A model generated the notes under the pieces. The model worked only from the letters and a program-made list of their open reading frames with translations. It had not been told where the DNA came from and did not search any database. Of a stretch of DNA of 64,000 nt, positions 28,233-37,441 are shown one piece after another (position 1 is the stretch's first letter; every line of letters starts with the position of its first letter). The DNA is from Halobacteriovorax sp. Lineage in GTDB: Bacteria > Bdellovibrionota > Bacteriovoracia > Bacteriovoracales > Bacteriovoracaceae. A program made the position numbers and the translations under genes. Location: the NCBI GenBank assembly GCA_020048985.1, contig JAIFLR010000067.1:2875-66874 (forward strand). Reading direction: 5' to 3'.

Positions 28233-29711
28233 ATGAACTATTTATTGGCGATTGACCAGGGAACTACTGGCACAACGTCTCTACTGATTGACGCAAAAAC
28301 CTTCAGTGTTGTAGATAAAGAAAAAGTTGATTATCGCCAAATATTTCCAAATCCATCTTGGGTGGAACATGACCTAGAAGATATTTGGACGTCAGTTAGC
28401 ACTTCAATCAATGTTCTCTTAAAAAGACAAGATATTAGCCCCAAGAAAATTTTGGCAATTGGAATAACCAATCAGCGTGAGACGACCTGCGCTTATGACA
28501 AAATGGGAAAACCTCTTCATCATGCTATCGTGTGGCAAGACCGCAGAACGGCTCAGTACTGTGACAAGCGGCGGGAAGAATACAAAGTTGTTTGTCAGAA
28601 AAAAACTGGCCTTCCACTAGACCCCTATTTTTCCGGCACAAAAATGCGCTGGTTTCTGGACAATGTCCCATCAGTCCAAGCAGCAGCCGAAAAAGATAAC
28701 CTTCTCTTATCTACTGTTGATACATTTCTTTTGTATCGCCTAACCAGCGGAAATAGCTTTGCGACCGAGGCTTCGAACGCCTCCCGCACCATGCTTATGA
28801 ATCTTGAAACATTTAATTGGGACCCTGATCTTTTAAATTTTTTTGGGATTAAAAAAAGTTTTCTTCCTGAAATTAAAGAGTCATTTACAAATTTCGGTTC
28901 AACTAGTGGATGCCCATTTCTTCCTGACGGTATTCCAGTGTTATCAATTCTTGGTGATCAGCAGGCTGCTTTATTTGGGCAGGCCTGCGTAAACGTTGGT
29001 GATATTAAATGCACTTATGGAACGGGAGCTTTTTTACTGTTAAACACCGGCGAAAAAATTATCCATTCTCAAACAGGTCTTCTCACAACAGCCGCTTATT
29101 ACCACCAAGGTAAAAAAGTTTACGCCCTTGAAGGAGCGGCTTATATTGCAGGAGCGGCTGTTCAATGGCTGCGCGATAATTTAAAAAGCATTAAGTCATC
29201 GGTAGATGTTGAAGCTCTCGCCAATGAAGTCAAAGACCTGTCCCAGATGGAACATGTGCTATTTATGCCCTTCTTTACCGGTATAGGAACACCCTACTGG
29301 AACTCAGAAGCTAAGGCGGCAATACTTGGACTGACGAGAGGAATTGATAATAGTCACATTGCCCGTGCTTGCCTTGAAGGGATTGCACTTTCAGTTAACG
29401 ACTCGGTTTCTAGTTTCAAAAAAGATTTTTCCCAGCTCAACGATATACGAGTCGATGGTGGTGCGGCTGCCAACAATCTTTTGATGCAAATGCAGGCGAA
29501 CTTCTCTCAAAAAAGTATTCTCAGACCAGAGGTAATTGATACAACTGCCTATGGCGTGGCAGTTGGGGCAATGGTCGGGAGAAAAGAAATTGAGATAAAT
29601 GATTTATCAAGTTTCTGGAAACTTCAGCATGAATTTAAGCAGGAATCTCATCCTTACTATTCAAACAAAAAAGCGCTGTGGGATTCTTCAATAAAGAATC
29701 TCTATTATTAA
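28233..29711 (+). CDS. glpK: glycerol kinase
   Basis: LAIDQGTTGTTS and ITNQRETT motifs, FGGY-family length. Confidence 0.95.
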   Translation: MNYLLAIDQGTTGTTSLLIDAKTFSVVDKEKVDYRQIFPNPSWVEHDLEDIWTSVSTSINVLLKRQDISPKKILAIGITNQRETTCAYDKMGKPLHHAIVWQDRRTAQYCDKRREEYKVVCQKKTGLPLDPYFSGTKMRWFLDNVPSVQAAAEKDNLLLSTVDTFLLYRLTSGNSFATEASNASRTMLMNLETFNWDPDLLNFFGIKKSFLPEIKESFTNFGSTSGCPFLPDGIPVLSILGDQQAALFGQACVNVGDIKCTYGTGAFLLLNTGEKIIHSQTGLLTTAAYYHQGKKVYALEGAAYIAGAAVQWLRDNLKSIKSSVDVEALANEVKDLSQMEHVLFMPFFTGIGTPYWNSEAKAAILGLTRGIDNSHIARACLEGIALSVNDSVSSFKKDFSQLNDIRVDGGAAANNLLMQMQANFSQKSILRPEVIDTTAYGVAVGAMVGRKEIEINDLSSFWKLQHEFKQESHPYYSNKKALWDSSIKNLYY

Positions 29712-29721
29712 AAGAAAGTAA

Positions 29722-31092
29722 TTACTTAAACAGCAGATTTTTAAGCTCACTGGCCTTGGTTATTCCTACCAGCTCGAGTTTATATTTCCCTTTTAGATCA
29801 TCAGCTGCTCTTTTAGACGTGATCACGCGTTTATAATTCATCTGTGCAACTTCTTTTAACCTCATCTCCATCATGGGCACCGAACGGACTTCACCCGTTA
29901 AACCAACCTCTCCTAAAAACAAAGTATCGTTAGCAATAGGAATGGCATAGTAGGAACTAAGTAGCGAAGCAATCACTGATAGATCATTTTCTCTGGTTGT
30001 AAGCTTCATGCCCCCAACGACGTTGACATAAATATCGTTATACGAAAGGGGAATACCGATATACTTATCAATGACAGCTACTAGAAGAGCGACTCGATTG
30101 GAATCTAGTCCCTGAGTTGTCCGCCGGCCGACGGCAAATTTATTTTCCACCACCAATGCCTGAATCTCTACAAATAAAGACCTGCTGCCTTCTAGAATAC
30201 AAGTGATTGATCTACCAAATGAGCCAGGAAGGGATTGCTCTAAAAAATACTGAGATGGATTCTTGATTTCTAAGAGTCCCTTCTCCTGCATCTCAAATAT
30301 GCCCACTTCGTTGGTGTTACCAAAGCGGTTTTTCATCACTCGAAGCATGCGGTATTGCCCTAACTGATCACCTTCAAAATAAATAACTGTATCAACCATG
30401 TGTTCCAAAACTTTAGGTCCGGCAATCTGCCCATCTTTAGTTACGTGGCCAATGATGAAGCAAGTAAGATCATAGGACTTAGCGTAGTTCATTAACTCGT
30501 AAGTCACTTCCCGGATCTGTGTCAGAGTCCCCGCAGCCGAATCGACATTGCTTGAATGAGTGGTTTGAATTGAATCTATGACTAGAAACTTTGGTTTTAA
30601 TTGCTTAACTTGCTCGAGAATTTTTTGCCAATTTGTTTCATTGTAAATATAAAAATTGTTGTTATTCACACCCAGGCGTTTTGAACGCCCAGCAATTTGA
30701 GATTCTGATTCTTCTCCACTCACATATAAAATTCTCTCTTTTCCATACTCTGATAAAAGTTTTCCACAAACTTCCATTAAAAGTGTCGATTTACCAATTC
30801 CAGGCTCACCACCAATGAGGGTTAGAGAACCAAGAGTTACACCACCACCCATCACCCGATCAAATTCTCCGATCTTAGTGTGATAGCGCTCAACATTTTC
30901 ATGTTCAATTTCACCAATGGTTTTAGGTTTAGTTTCTCTGCCGGCAATAGACTTGGGAGCGGCCTTACTCTCTTTGAACGTAGCCTCTTCACTAAATGAG
31001 TTCCACTGGTTGCAATCCGGACATTTTCCTAACCACTTGGCAGATTGGTATCCACATTCCTGACATGTAAAAACTGTTTTTATCTTGGCCAT
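29722..31092 (-). CDS. radA: DNA repair protein RadA/Sms
   Basis: N-terminal CxxC-x-CxxC zinc finger, GGEPGIGKSTL Walker A, KNRFG motif, Lon-like C-terminus. Confidence 0.95.
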   Translation of the reverse strand: MAKIKTVFTCQECGYQSAKWLGKCPDCNQWNSFSEEATFKESKAAPKSIAGRETKPKTIGEIEHENVERYHTKIGEFDRVMGGGVTLGSLTLIGGEPGIGKSTLLMEVCGKLLSEYGKERILYVSGEESESQIAGRSKRLGVNNNNFYIYNETNWQKILEQVKQLKPKFLVIDSIQTTHSSNVDSAAGTLTQIREVTYELMNYAKSYDLTCFIIGHVTKDGQIAGPKVLEHMVDTVIYFEGDQLGQYRMLRVMKNRFGNTNEVGIFEMQEKGLLEIKNPSQYFLEQSLPGSFGRSITCILEGSRSLFVEIQALVVENKFAVGRRTTQGLDSNRVALLVAVIDKYIGIPLSYNDIYVNVVGGMKLTTRENDLSVIASLLSSYYAIPIANDTLFLGEVGLTGEVRSVPMMEMRLKEVAQMNYKRVITSKRAADDLKGKYKLELVGITKASELKNLLFK

Positions 31093-32988
31093 TTATCCCT
31101 CAATCATCTTTAAAAGTTCATTTTCACTTATTATCGGAATGCCGAGGTCTTTGGCCTTTACAAATTTGCTGGAAGAGCTATCTGTTTCATTTGTGATAAG
31201 GTAGCTGGTGTTTTTTGAAACCGAAGTCACCATCACTCCGCCATTTCCCTTAATCAACTTCTCAAATTCCGTGCGGCCCATGCTGAGCTCGCCAGTGATA
31301 CAAAACTTATAGCCTTTTAAGGGTCCCTCTCCAGAACTGATCTCATCTGCTTTAACATGAACACCAAGCTTGAGAAGTTTATGGATCAGAGGTTCTTTTT
31401 TCTTGATAGAATCAAGGAAGCTCTGAGATGACTTCTCTGCAAAACCTTCTATGTTTTGCATTTTGTCCATTGTGAGCGAGAGTATTTTATCTAATGAGTT
31501 GTACCCTTGAGCGATAATTTTCTCGCTCTTAGTAATCGAAACTCCCTCAACCCCAATGGCAGAAATAAACTTGGCAAGAGACTGCTCTTTAGATTTTTGA
31601 ATATTGTCGTATATTTTGGTCGCTAGTTTTTCTTTTACTTTCTCAAGAGTCAAAAGATCATTCATGCCCAATTTATAAAGATCAGGGATTTCTTCCACAA
31701 GACCCTTGCTCATCATTTCATCGAGTCGTTTGTCCGAGAGGTCATCAATTCCAGATTTTTGGATATAATTCAATATCTCTTCTTTAATCTTGGTTGGACA
31801 TTTTTCATTTTCGCAATAAAGCCAGATATCCTGTACGACCAGCTTCTTTTCACAACTCGGGCACTTTGTCGGGTAGATAAATTGCCCAGGGGCTTTTTCA
31901 ACAATACCCAAAAACTTTGGAATCACTTCGCCTGAGCGAATAATTTCTATTTTATCCCCAGCTTTAAGCTCGAAGTTTTGAACGAGACCAAAGTTGTGCA
32001 AGGTAACCCTTGAGATCATAGCCCCTGACAATTCAACAGGCGCTACGATCGCCACAGGAGTCAGGGTCCCATTTCTGGAAACTCCCCACTCAATCTCATT
32101 AATGGTCGTTACTTTTGTATCACCGGCAAATTTAAAAGCAATTTTGTATTTAGGATGGTGAGAGGTTTCCCCAAGTTCCGCATGTAACTTAAGATCATTA
32201 TAGATAAAAACGAGACCATCAACGAGGTAGTCCCCTTTAACCATAAATTCTTTGGCTTCTTGTATCCGCTTCTCAATACTTTCTTTATTTGAATGAATCT
32301 CGACTTCAGGCAGATCAAATCCCAGACGTTTCAATTCATCCAGTTTATCTTTTTCTTTGGAGTATTTTTCATCACTGATGAGGTCAAATGCCTTAAAGCT
32401 TAAAAAACTAGCAAGTTGAATATTTTCTTTTCTTCCAAGGAGACCAGCGACGATATTTCTTTGAGACGAAGGCTTCTCAAGACCCATTTTCTCCATTTCT
32501 TTAGAGAGGTGGAAAAAGTTAATTTCAACACAGAAGATTTCTCCTCTTATTTCTACTTCACCTTTATTCGGGATCCACTTAGGTATATCTGAGATAAACA
32601 TGGCTTTTTTGGTAATATTTTCACCATACTGACCATCACCGCGAGTTTTGGCCATGCTAAGGTGACCATCTTTATAAATTAGTGAGCAGCTTGAGCCATC
32701 AATTTTAAAGACACTGATGACATCCTCTTTGCCAACCCACTTGAAAAGTTCTTTATCATCATAGGTTTTATCAAGGGAAAGCATCTTTTTTTGATGAGCA
32801 ACTTTGACGTTGCTATCTATTTGCATATGCCCAACAAGTTTTAATACGGGATTTTGAGGATCTAGTTTTTTGAGCTCATCTTCTAACTTATCATAAGCCT
32901 CATCTGAAACTTCAGCTTTACCGCGATAATACAGCTCTTTATGAGTGAGGATAAGTCTTTCTAATTCCTGGATTCGATTTGCTTTCAT
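31093..32988 (-). CDS. ligA: NAD-dependent DNA ligase
   Basis: KIDGSS adenylation motif, Cys4 zinc finger (CPSCEKKL...CENEKCP), HhH region, and C-terminal BRCT-like segment. Confidence 0.93.
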   Translation of the reverse strand: MKANRIQELERLILTHKELYYRGKAEVSDEAYDKLEDELKKLDPQNPVLKLVGHMQIDSNVKVAHQKKMLSLDKTYDDKELFKWVGKEDVISVFKIDGSSCSLIYKDGHLSMAKTRGDGQYGENITKKAMFISDIPKWIPNKGEVEIRGEIFCVEINFFHLSKEMEKMGLEKPSSQRNIVAGLLGRKENIQLASFLSFKAFDLISDEKYSKEKDKLDELKRLGFDLPEVEIHSNKESIEKRIQEAKEFMVKGDYLVDGLVFIYNDLKLHAELGETSHHPKYKIAFKFAGDTKVTTINEIEWGVSRNGTLTPVAIVAPVELSGAMISRVTLHNFGLVQNFELKAGDKIEIIRSGEVIPKFLGIVEKAPGQFIYPTKCPSCEKKLVVQDIWLYCENEKCPTKIKEEILNYIQKSGIDDLSDKRLDEMMSKGLVEEIPDLYKLGMNDLLTLEKVKEKLATKIYDNIQKSKEQSLAKFISAIGVEGVSITKSEKIIAQGYNSLDKILSLTMDKMQNIEGFAEKSSQSFLDSIKKKEPLIHKLLKLGVHVKADEISSGEGPLKGYKFCITGELSMGRTEFEKLIKGNGGVMVTSVSKNTSYLITNETDSSSSKFVKAKDLGIPIISENELLKMIEG

Positions 32989-33013
32989 GGTGACTCATTA
33001 TAGTCGTCACTAC

Positions 33014-34474
33014 TTAATAATTAAAGGAAGCACCGAATTTTAATTTGATATTATCGTGGTACGAAATTTCTTTATACTCACCATCAAATTTGGCCTTAGC
33101 AGCAAGGGTCTCGATTGATCCATCCAGGGTCATTCTTGGGGTATATTGGTATTTGACACCAATTTCTAAATCAAGTGCGGAAACACTTGAGGCACTACCA
33201 TAAATATCATCACTATCAGCAAAACTCGGAAACGGAAGAAAATCCGCCTGCACGATAAACCGGTATTCACGGTTGACAGGGATATTAGCAGCGACACCCA
33301 ACAGGATGCCTGAAATATTGCCTTTTCCGAAACCATCTGCAGCTGAATAATCCAAATCAAATACATAGTTGGCATATCCGCCATAAATATCAATTTGAGG
33401 CCCGTAAAAGAATCCAATTGGTAAATATTTATACCCACCAGTTAATTTAAACACACCAAATTGCGCGTTAGTTGACGACTTTTCTGGATTTCCTGATACT
33501 TCCGAAAGTTTTCCAATTGAGCGAGCGACCTCAAGGGCGGCAAAATATTGTCTTGTAATCCAGCCCTCTCCTCGAAAGTCAAAACCAAACAAATTACCAC
33601 TTACTCTTTTTGATCCAGTTGGAGTTGAGGTGTCTACACTTGAAGATGAACCAAACAGTGCCACTGTAACGATTCCAAGCTTTCCAGGTTCTTCTTCTTT
33701 CTTCTCATCAATTTTTTCATCGCTAAAGGCATCTGACTTAAATGTCTCTAGTCTTACCCAGTCGCCGGCCAAAAGTTTTTTATCTGATTTATAAACTTTG
33801 ACCATGCCTAAAGCTTGGTTGTCTGAAATATTAAAAACTTTACCTTCGGCCAAGACCTCAGTTTCCCAGTCTACGATTTTTTTAAGAAGAGGATGTTTTT
33901 TCTTAACAACTGGTCTTTTCACAATGAAACTTTGCCCAACCTGAATAGGATAACCTTTTCCGACGTCCAATGTGATTTGATCACCGAGAATTCCGTTGAT
34001 TTTTGCATCATAAGGAATCGTTTTTGAATAAGTGTCCAGCCAGTTTTTTATAGTCTGTGAAATTGTTTCAATTTCATCGGTATTGACCAGTGTTTTCTCT
34101 CCAAAATATATATCTTCTCCGTCTTCTCCGTGAACTTCTAATTGAATTTCAACGCCATTGATCTCATTAACAAGGGCAACCCTGATGATCGATCCCACTT
34201 GTAGTTTTTCTGCTACGGTTCTCAACACTTCTTTTTGTTTTAAATATTGTGGCAAATTTTCTCGGTAACGACTGAATATGTGAATCAGGCTTGAATTAGA
34301 AACGTAGGTGCACCAGTTACTCTTTTTTAATCCCTCTTCCACCTCTTCGAAGACTTTAAAGCCAATAGCTCCACCTACACTGTCAGTTACAGGAAGAAGA
34401 GTGCATCTGCGCATTGAAGACTGAGCAGATACCTGAAGGCTAAATACGAATAACAGTAGTGCTATATATTTCAT
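33014..34474 (-). CDS. secreted/outer-membrane protein with C-terminal beta-barrel-like domain, unknown function
   Basis: 486 aa with signal peptide MKYIALLLFVFSLQVSAQ. The C-terminal third is G/Y/F-rich alternating strands ending ...FGASFNY. Confidence 0.7.
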   Translation of the reverse strand: MKYIALLLFVFSLQVSAQSSMRRCTLLPVTDSVGGAIGFKVFEEVEEGLKKSNWCTYVSNSSLIHIFSRYRENLPQYLKQKEVLRTVAEKLQVGSIIRVALVNEINGVEIQLEVHGEDGEDIYFGEKTLVNTDEIETISQTIKNWLDTYSKTIPYDAKINGILGDQITLDVGKGYPIQVGQSFIVKRPVVKKKHPLLKKIVDWETEVLAEGKVFNISDNQALGMVKVYKSDKKLLAGDWVRLETFKSDAFSDEKIDEKKEEEPGKLGIVTVALFGSSSSVDTSTPTGSKRVSGNLFGFDFRGEGWITRQYFAALEVARSIGKLSEVSGNPEKSSTNAQFGVFKLTGGYKYLPIGFFYGPQIDIYGGYANYVFDLDYSAADGFGKGNISGILLGVAANIPVNREYRFIVQADFLPFPSFADSDDIYGSASSVSALDLEIGVKYQYTPRMTLDGSIETLAAKAKFDGEYKEISYHDNIKLKFGASFNY

Positions 34475-34809
34475 ATAAATTCTGGAAGTTCCGGTGGCTC
34501 AGTTGTTGTGAAATTATTCGATGGTTTGTTTTCGTAGAGATCCACCAGCATTCTCAGTCCTGAATTTTCATCACGCAATTCTCTAATCTGAGATTTATAA
34601 AGCTCAAGTTCAAGTTTTATACGAAGTAACTCTTCTTCTTCTTTGAGTTTAACCCTGTCTACACTTGCGACATAAATATAATACTTACCGTCTTCCTCTT
34701 TATGTTTGAGGATATTCGTCTTTATATGGCGTCGAATAGTTGAGATCGACACCTTTTTATAAGTTGAATAGTCAGTAATGGATAACCAAACCCCATCCGT
34801 GGTATGCAT
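34471..34809 (-). CDS. small helix-turn-helix (excisionase/MerR-like HTH) protein with coiled-coil tail
   Basis: WLSITDYSTYKKVSISTIRRHIKTNIL resembles HTH_17-type motifs. It is followed by a K/E/L heptad region. ATGA overlap with the downstream gene. Confidence 0.6.
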   Translation of the reverse strand: MHTTDGVWLSITDYSTYKKVSISTIRRHIKTNILKHKEEDGKYYIYVASVDRVKLKEEEELLRIKLELELYKSQIRELRDENSGLRMLVDLYENKPSNNFTTTEPPELPEFI

Positions 34810-34883
34810 TCATCCTCCTATGGATTAAGCTTAATGATAGATAATCCGATGAATAAGTGCAAAATCTAATATAAAGTTGAGCA

Positions 34884-36068
34884 ATGAAGTCAGTTGATTT
34901 AAATGATTTAAAAAATAAAAAAATCGCCCTCGTGCTTTCGGGTGGCGTGGTTAAGGCAGCTGCTTGGCACCTTGGAGTGACTCATGCTCTGGAAGAGTTG
35001 GGGTTTTACCTCAAGAGTAATAAAAACTCATCTCCCACTCAGACATTGAACCAAAGAAGCCTCGAAATTGGAACGTATGTTGGCTCCAGCGCTGGGGCCA
35101 TGATCTGTGTCTACCTCGCCAGCGGCTATACACCCCAGGATATTATTCAGGCCACCCTTGGAATCAAAGGCTCCAAGATCCGAGGAATAAACTACAAAGA
35201 CATGTTCACTATAAAACGGCCGGACCTTAAGGCCCCCAAAAGTGACCTCTATCATCCACTTGAGGGGTTTCCACCCTTTCTCAAAAACATGGTTAAACCC
35301 TTCATTTCTCTACCGGGTCTGTTTTCGACAGAAGGTGTGAGAAACTATTTATTAGAAAATGTTATTGAAAAAGACACATTTGAAGATTTCGTTGCCGATC
35401 TTTTTATTGTCGCAACTCAATTGGACCACTCGAGAAAAGTTATTTTTTCGAAATATAATTATCCAAACCCAAGCCATGACTCAACGTCAGTATATTATAC
35501 GGGAACCAATGTTTCCCATGCTGCTGCTGCAAGTATGAGTGTACCCCCTTTTTATTGCCCTTATCCTATCAAAAACCCCATTACCAAGGGTGTTGATTAT
35601 TATATTGATGGTGAAATCAGAGAAACTCTCTCTACTCATGTCGCTGAAGATAATGGGTGTGATGTTATTATAAGCTCTTGGACCCATACCCCTTATCATT
35701 TTCATGATGAGGTCGGGTCATTAGTAAACTACGGGCTGCAGCCAATAGCCATTCAGTCCATCTATCTTATGATCCAGAAAAAAATTATTTCAGCCAGGGC
35801 TGAAAGAGCAAAAGCTATCGACATCATGGACACGGTGAACGATTACATGAAAAGAGAAAAGTTCGGAAATACTCACCGAAGAGAACTTATGGCGATTCTT
35901 GAGAGAAAACTTAACATCAATCCAAAAGTTAAATTAATCGATATTTTTCCAGACCATCACGATTATAAATTATTTTTTGCAAATTCGTTCTCACTCAACT
36001 CAAAGGTTTCAGCTCATGCAGTTGAAGCTGGCTATAAACGAACTATGCAGATTTTGAGCCCTAGATGA
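34884..36068 (+). CDS. patatin-like phospholipase
   Basis: LVLSGGVVKAAAWHLGV oxyanion motif, GSSAG (GxSxG) nucleophile, and catalytic DG (YIDGEIRE). Confidence 0.85.
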   Translation: MKSVDLNDLKNKKIALVLSGGVVKAAAWHLGVTHALEELGFYLKSNKNSSPTQTLNQRSLEIGTYVGSSAGAMICVYLASGYTPQDIIQATLGIKGSKIRGINYKDMFTIKRPDLKAPKSDLYHPLEGFPPFLKNMVKPFISLPGLFSTEGVRNYLLENVIEKDTFEDFVADLFIVATQLDHSRKVIFSKYNYPNPSHDSTSVYYTGTNVSHAAAASMSVPPFYCPYPIKNPITKGVDYYIDGEIRETLSTHVAEDNGCDVIISSWTHTPYHFHDEVGSLVNYGLQPIAIQSIYLMIQKKIISARAERAKAIDIMDTVNDYMKREKFGNTHRRELMAILERKLNINPKVKLIDIFPDHHDYKLFFANSFSLNSKVSAHAVEAGYKRTMQILSPR

Positions 36069-37441
36069 TTTTAAAGTATCTGGGTTTTACCATTTTCTTT
36101 TTATGGTTTATCACCTCCTCTGATCCGCATTTCGGAACTGATCTTTCATGGCAAAGAGTACCTAAAGCAGACAAAGATGACGTTAGAGAGTTGGCGTGGA
36201 TGTCTACTGATTCTTTCAGATCATACTTGGAAGACGAAGATGACCGAGTTTCAGATAAATTCATTGTAACCAAGTACTACTACCCAACTGTTAACTTCTG
36301 GTTTTTGATTTATACCCAGTTTGATTCTAGTCACGTGGTTATTCATGATAAAACAAACTTGTCCCTTATTTACAAGGTACTGGATTTTTCTTCACTTCAC
36401 GCCAAAGGTCTTTCGAAAAACATACTTTATGTTCTTCAGCAGAAAATTTCTGATGAAAGAATCAGTAAAATTAAAAAAGATTTAAAATTTCTTTCTATGA
36501 ACCCATTCAGTCTGGATCAGGACTCCAAAAACATTTATCGTAATTTAAAAGATTCCGGGATTAATCTTCCTATAAAAAAACTTGAACGCCAGGCCTTTTT
36601 CAATAAACTTAGGGACAACATCAGGACCCAAACAGGCCAAAGAAATTTTATCAAAGATGGGATCATCAGGTCCCTTCCCTACAAAAACTTTCTTGGTAAA
36701 TATTTTTCAGAGCATAATCTACCCTCAGAATTGCTCGCTGTTCCCTTCCTGGAGTCCAGCTTTAACCCTAAGGCGGAATCCAAAGTTGGAGCTTTAGGTA
36801 CCTGGCAGTTCATGCCTCTTATTGCGAGCTACTATGTTCCTAAAAAATCACTCTCACCACAATTCGACTATCGATCTAACGTAGGAGTGATCTCAGTTGC
36901 TGCAGCTCTATTAATGAAAGAAAATTTTCAGTTAATGAAATCATGGGACATGGCAGTTACCGCGTATAACTCTGGCACTAAACATCTTTTAAAGACTAAA
37001 CGTGAGCTTGCCTCGGCTGATAAAAAGGTAAACCTAGAAGCAGTCATTAAACACAGTGACTCCCAGCATTTCGGCTTTGCTTCCAAGAATTTTTACAGTG
37101 AGTTTCTCGCCTTGGTCCACGCTCTGGCCTATGAAGAAGAGTTGTTCTCAAACATTCATAAAAATGACCGTTACAATGTTAATGATGACCTAATTTTTTA
37201 TCTTTTTAAATGTTCTTTGAAGCCTGATAAGACGCTTAATAAGACCCAGCTCGATGATGTCCTTTACTACAACCATCACATTACTCAACCCACCAAGACC
37301 TATCCTCGCGGCACAATAGTTACGAGTAAAGAATCTTTACCCGGTTCCAAGTTCTATAAATTAAACATTAAACAGATGGTGGAAAAGAAACCAAAAGACT
37401 GGATCAAATTTCTTGAAAATCAGAGTTGCTCAACCAAATAA
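36065..37441 (+). CDS. lytic transglycosylase domain protein (MltD/Slt-like catalytic core)
   Basis: LLAVPFLESSFNPKAESKVGALGTWQFMP and TAYNSG motifs. ATGA overlap with the patatin gene. Confidence 0.8.
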   Translation: MILKYLGFTIFFLWFITSSDPHFGTDLSWQRVPKADKDDVRELAWMSTDSFRSYLEDEDDRVSDKFIVTKYYYPTVNFWFLIYTQFDSSHVVIHDKTNLSLIYKVLDFSSLHAKGLSKNILYVLQQKISDERISKIKKDLKFLSMNPFSLDQDSKNIYRNLKDSGINLPIKKLERQAFFNKLRDNIRTQTGQRNFIKDGIIRSLPYKNFLGKYFSEHNLPSELLAVPFLESSFNPKAESKVGALGTWQFMPLIASYYVPKKSLSPQFDYRSNVGVISVAAALLMKENFQLMKSWDMAVTAYNSGTKHLLKTKRELASADKKVNLEAVIKHSDSQHFGFASKNFYSEFLALVHALAYEEELFSNIHKNDRYNVNDDLIFYLFKCSLKPDKTLNKTQLDDVLYYNHHITQPTKTYPRGTIVTSKESLPGSKFYKLNIKQMVEKKPKDWIKFLENQSCSTK

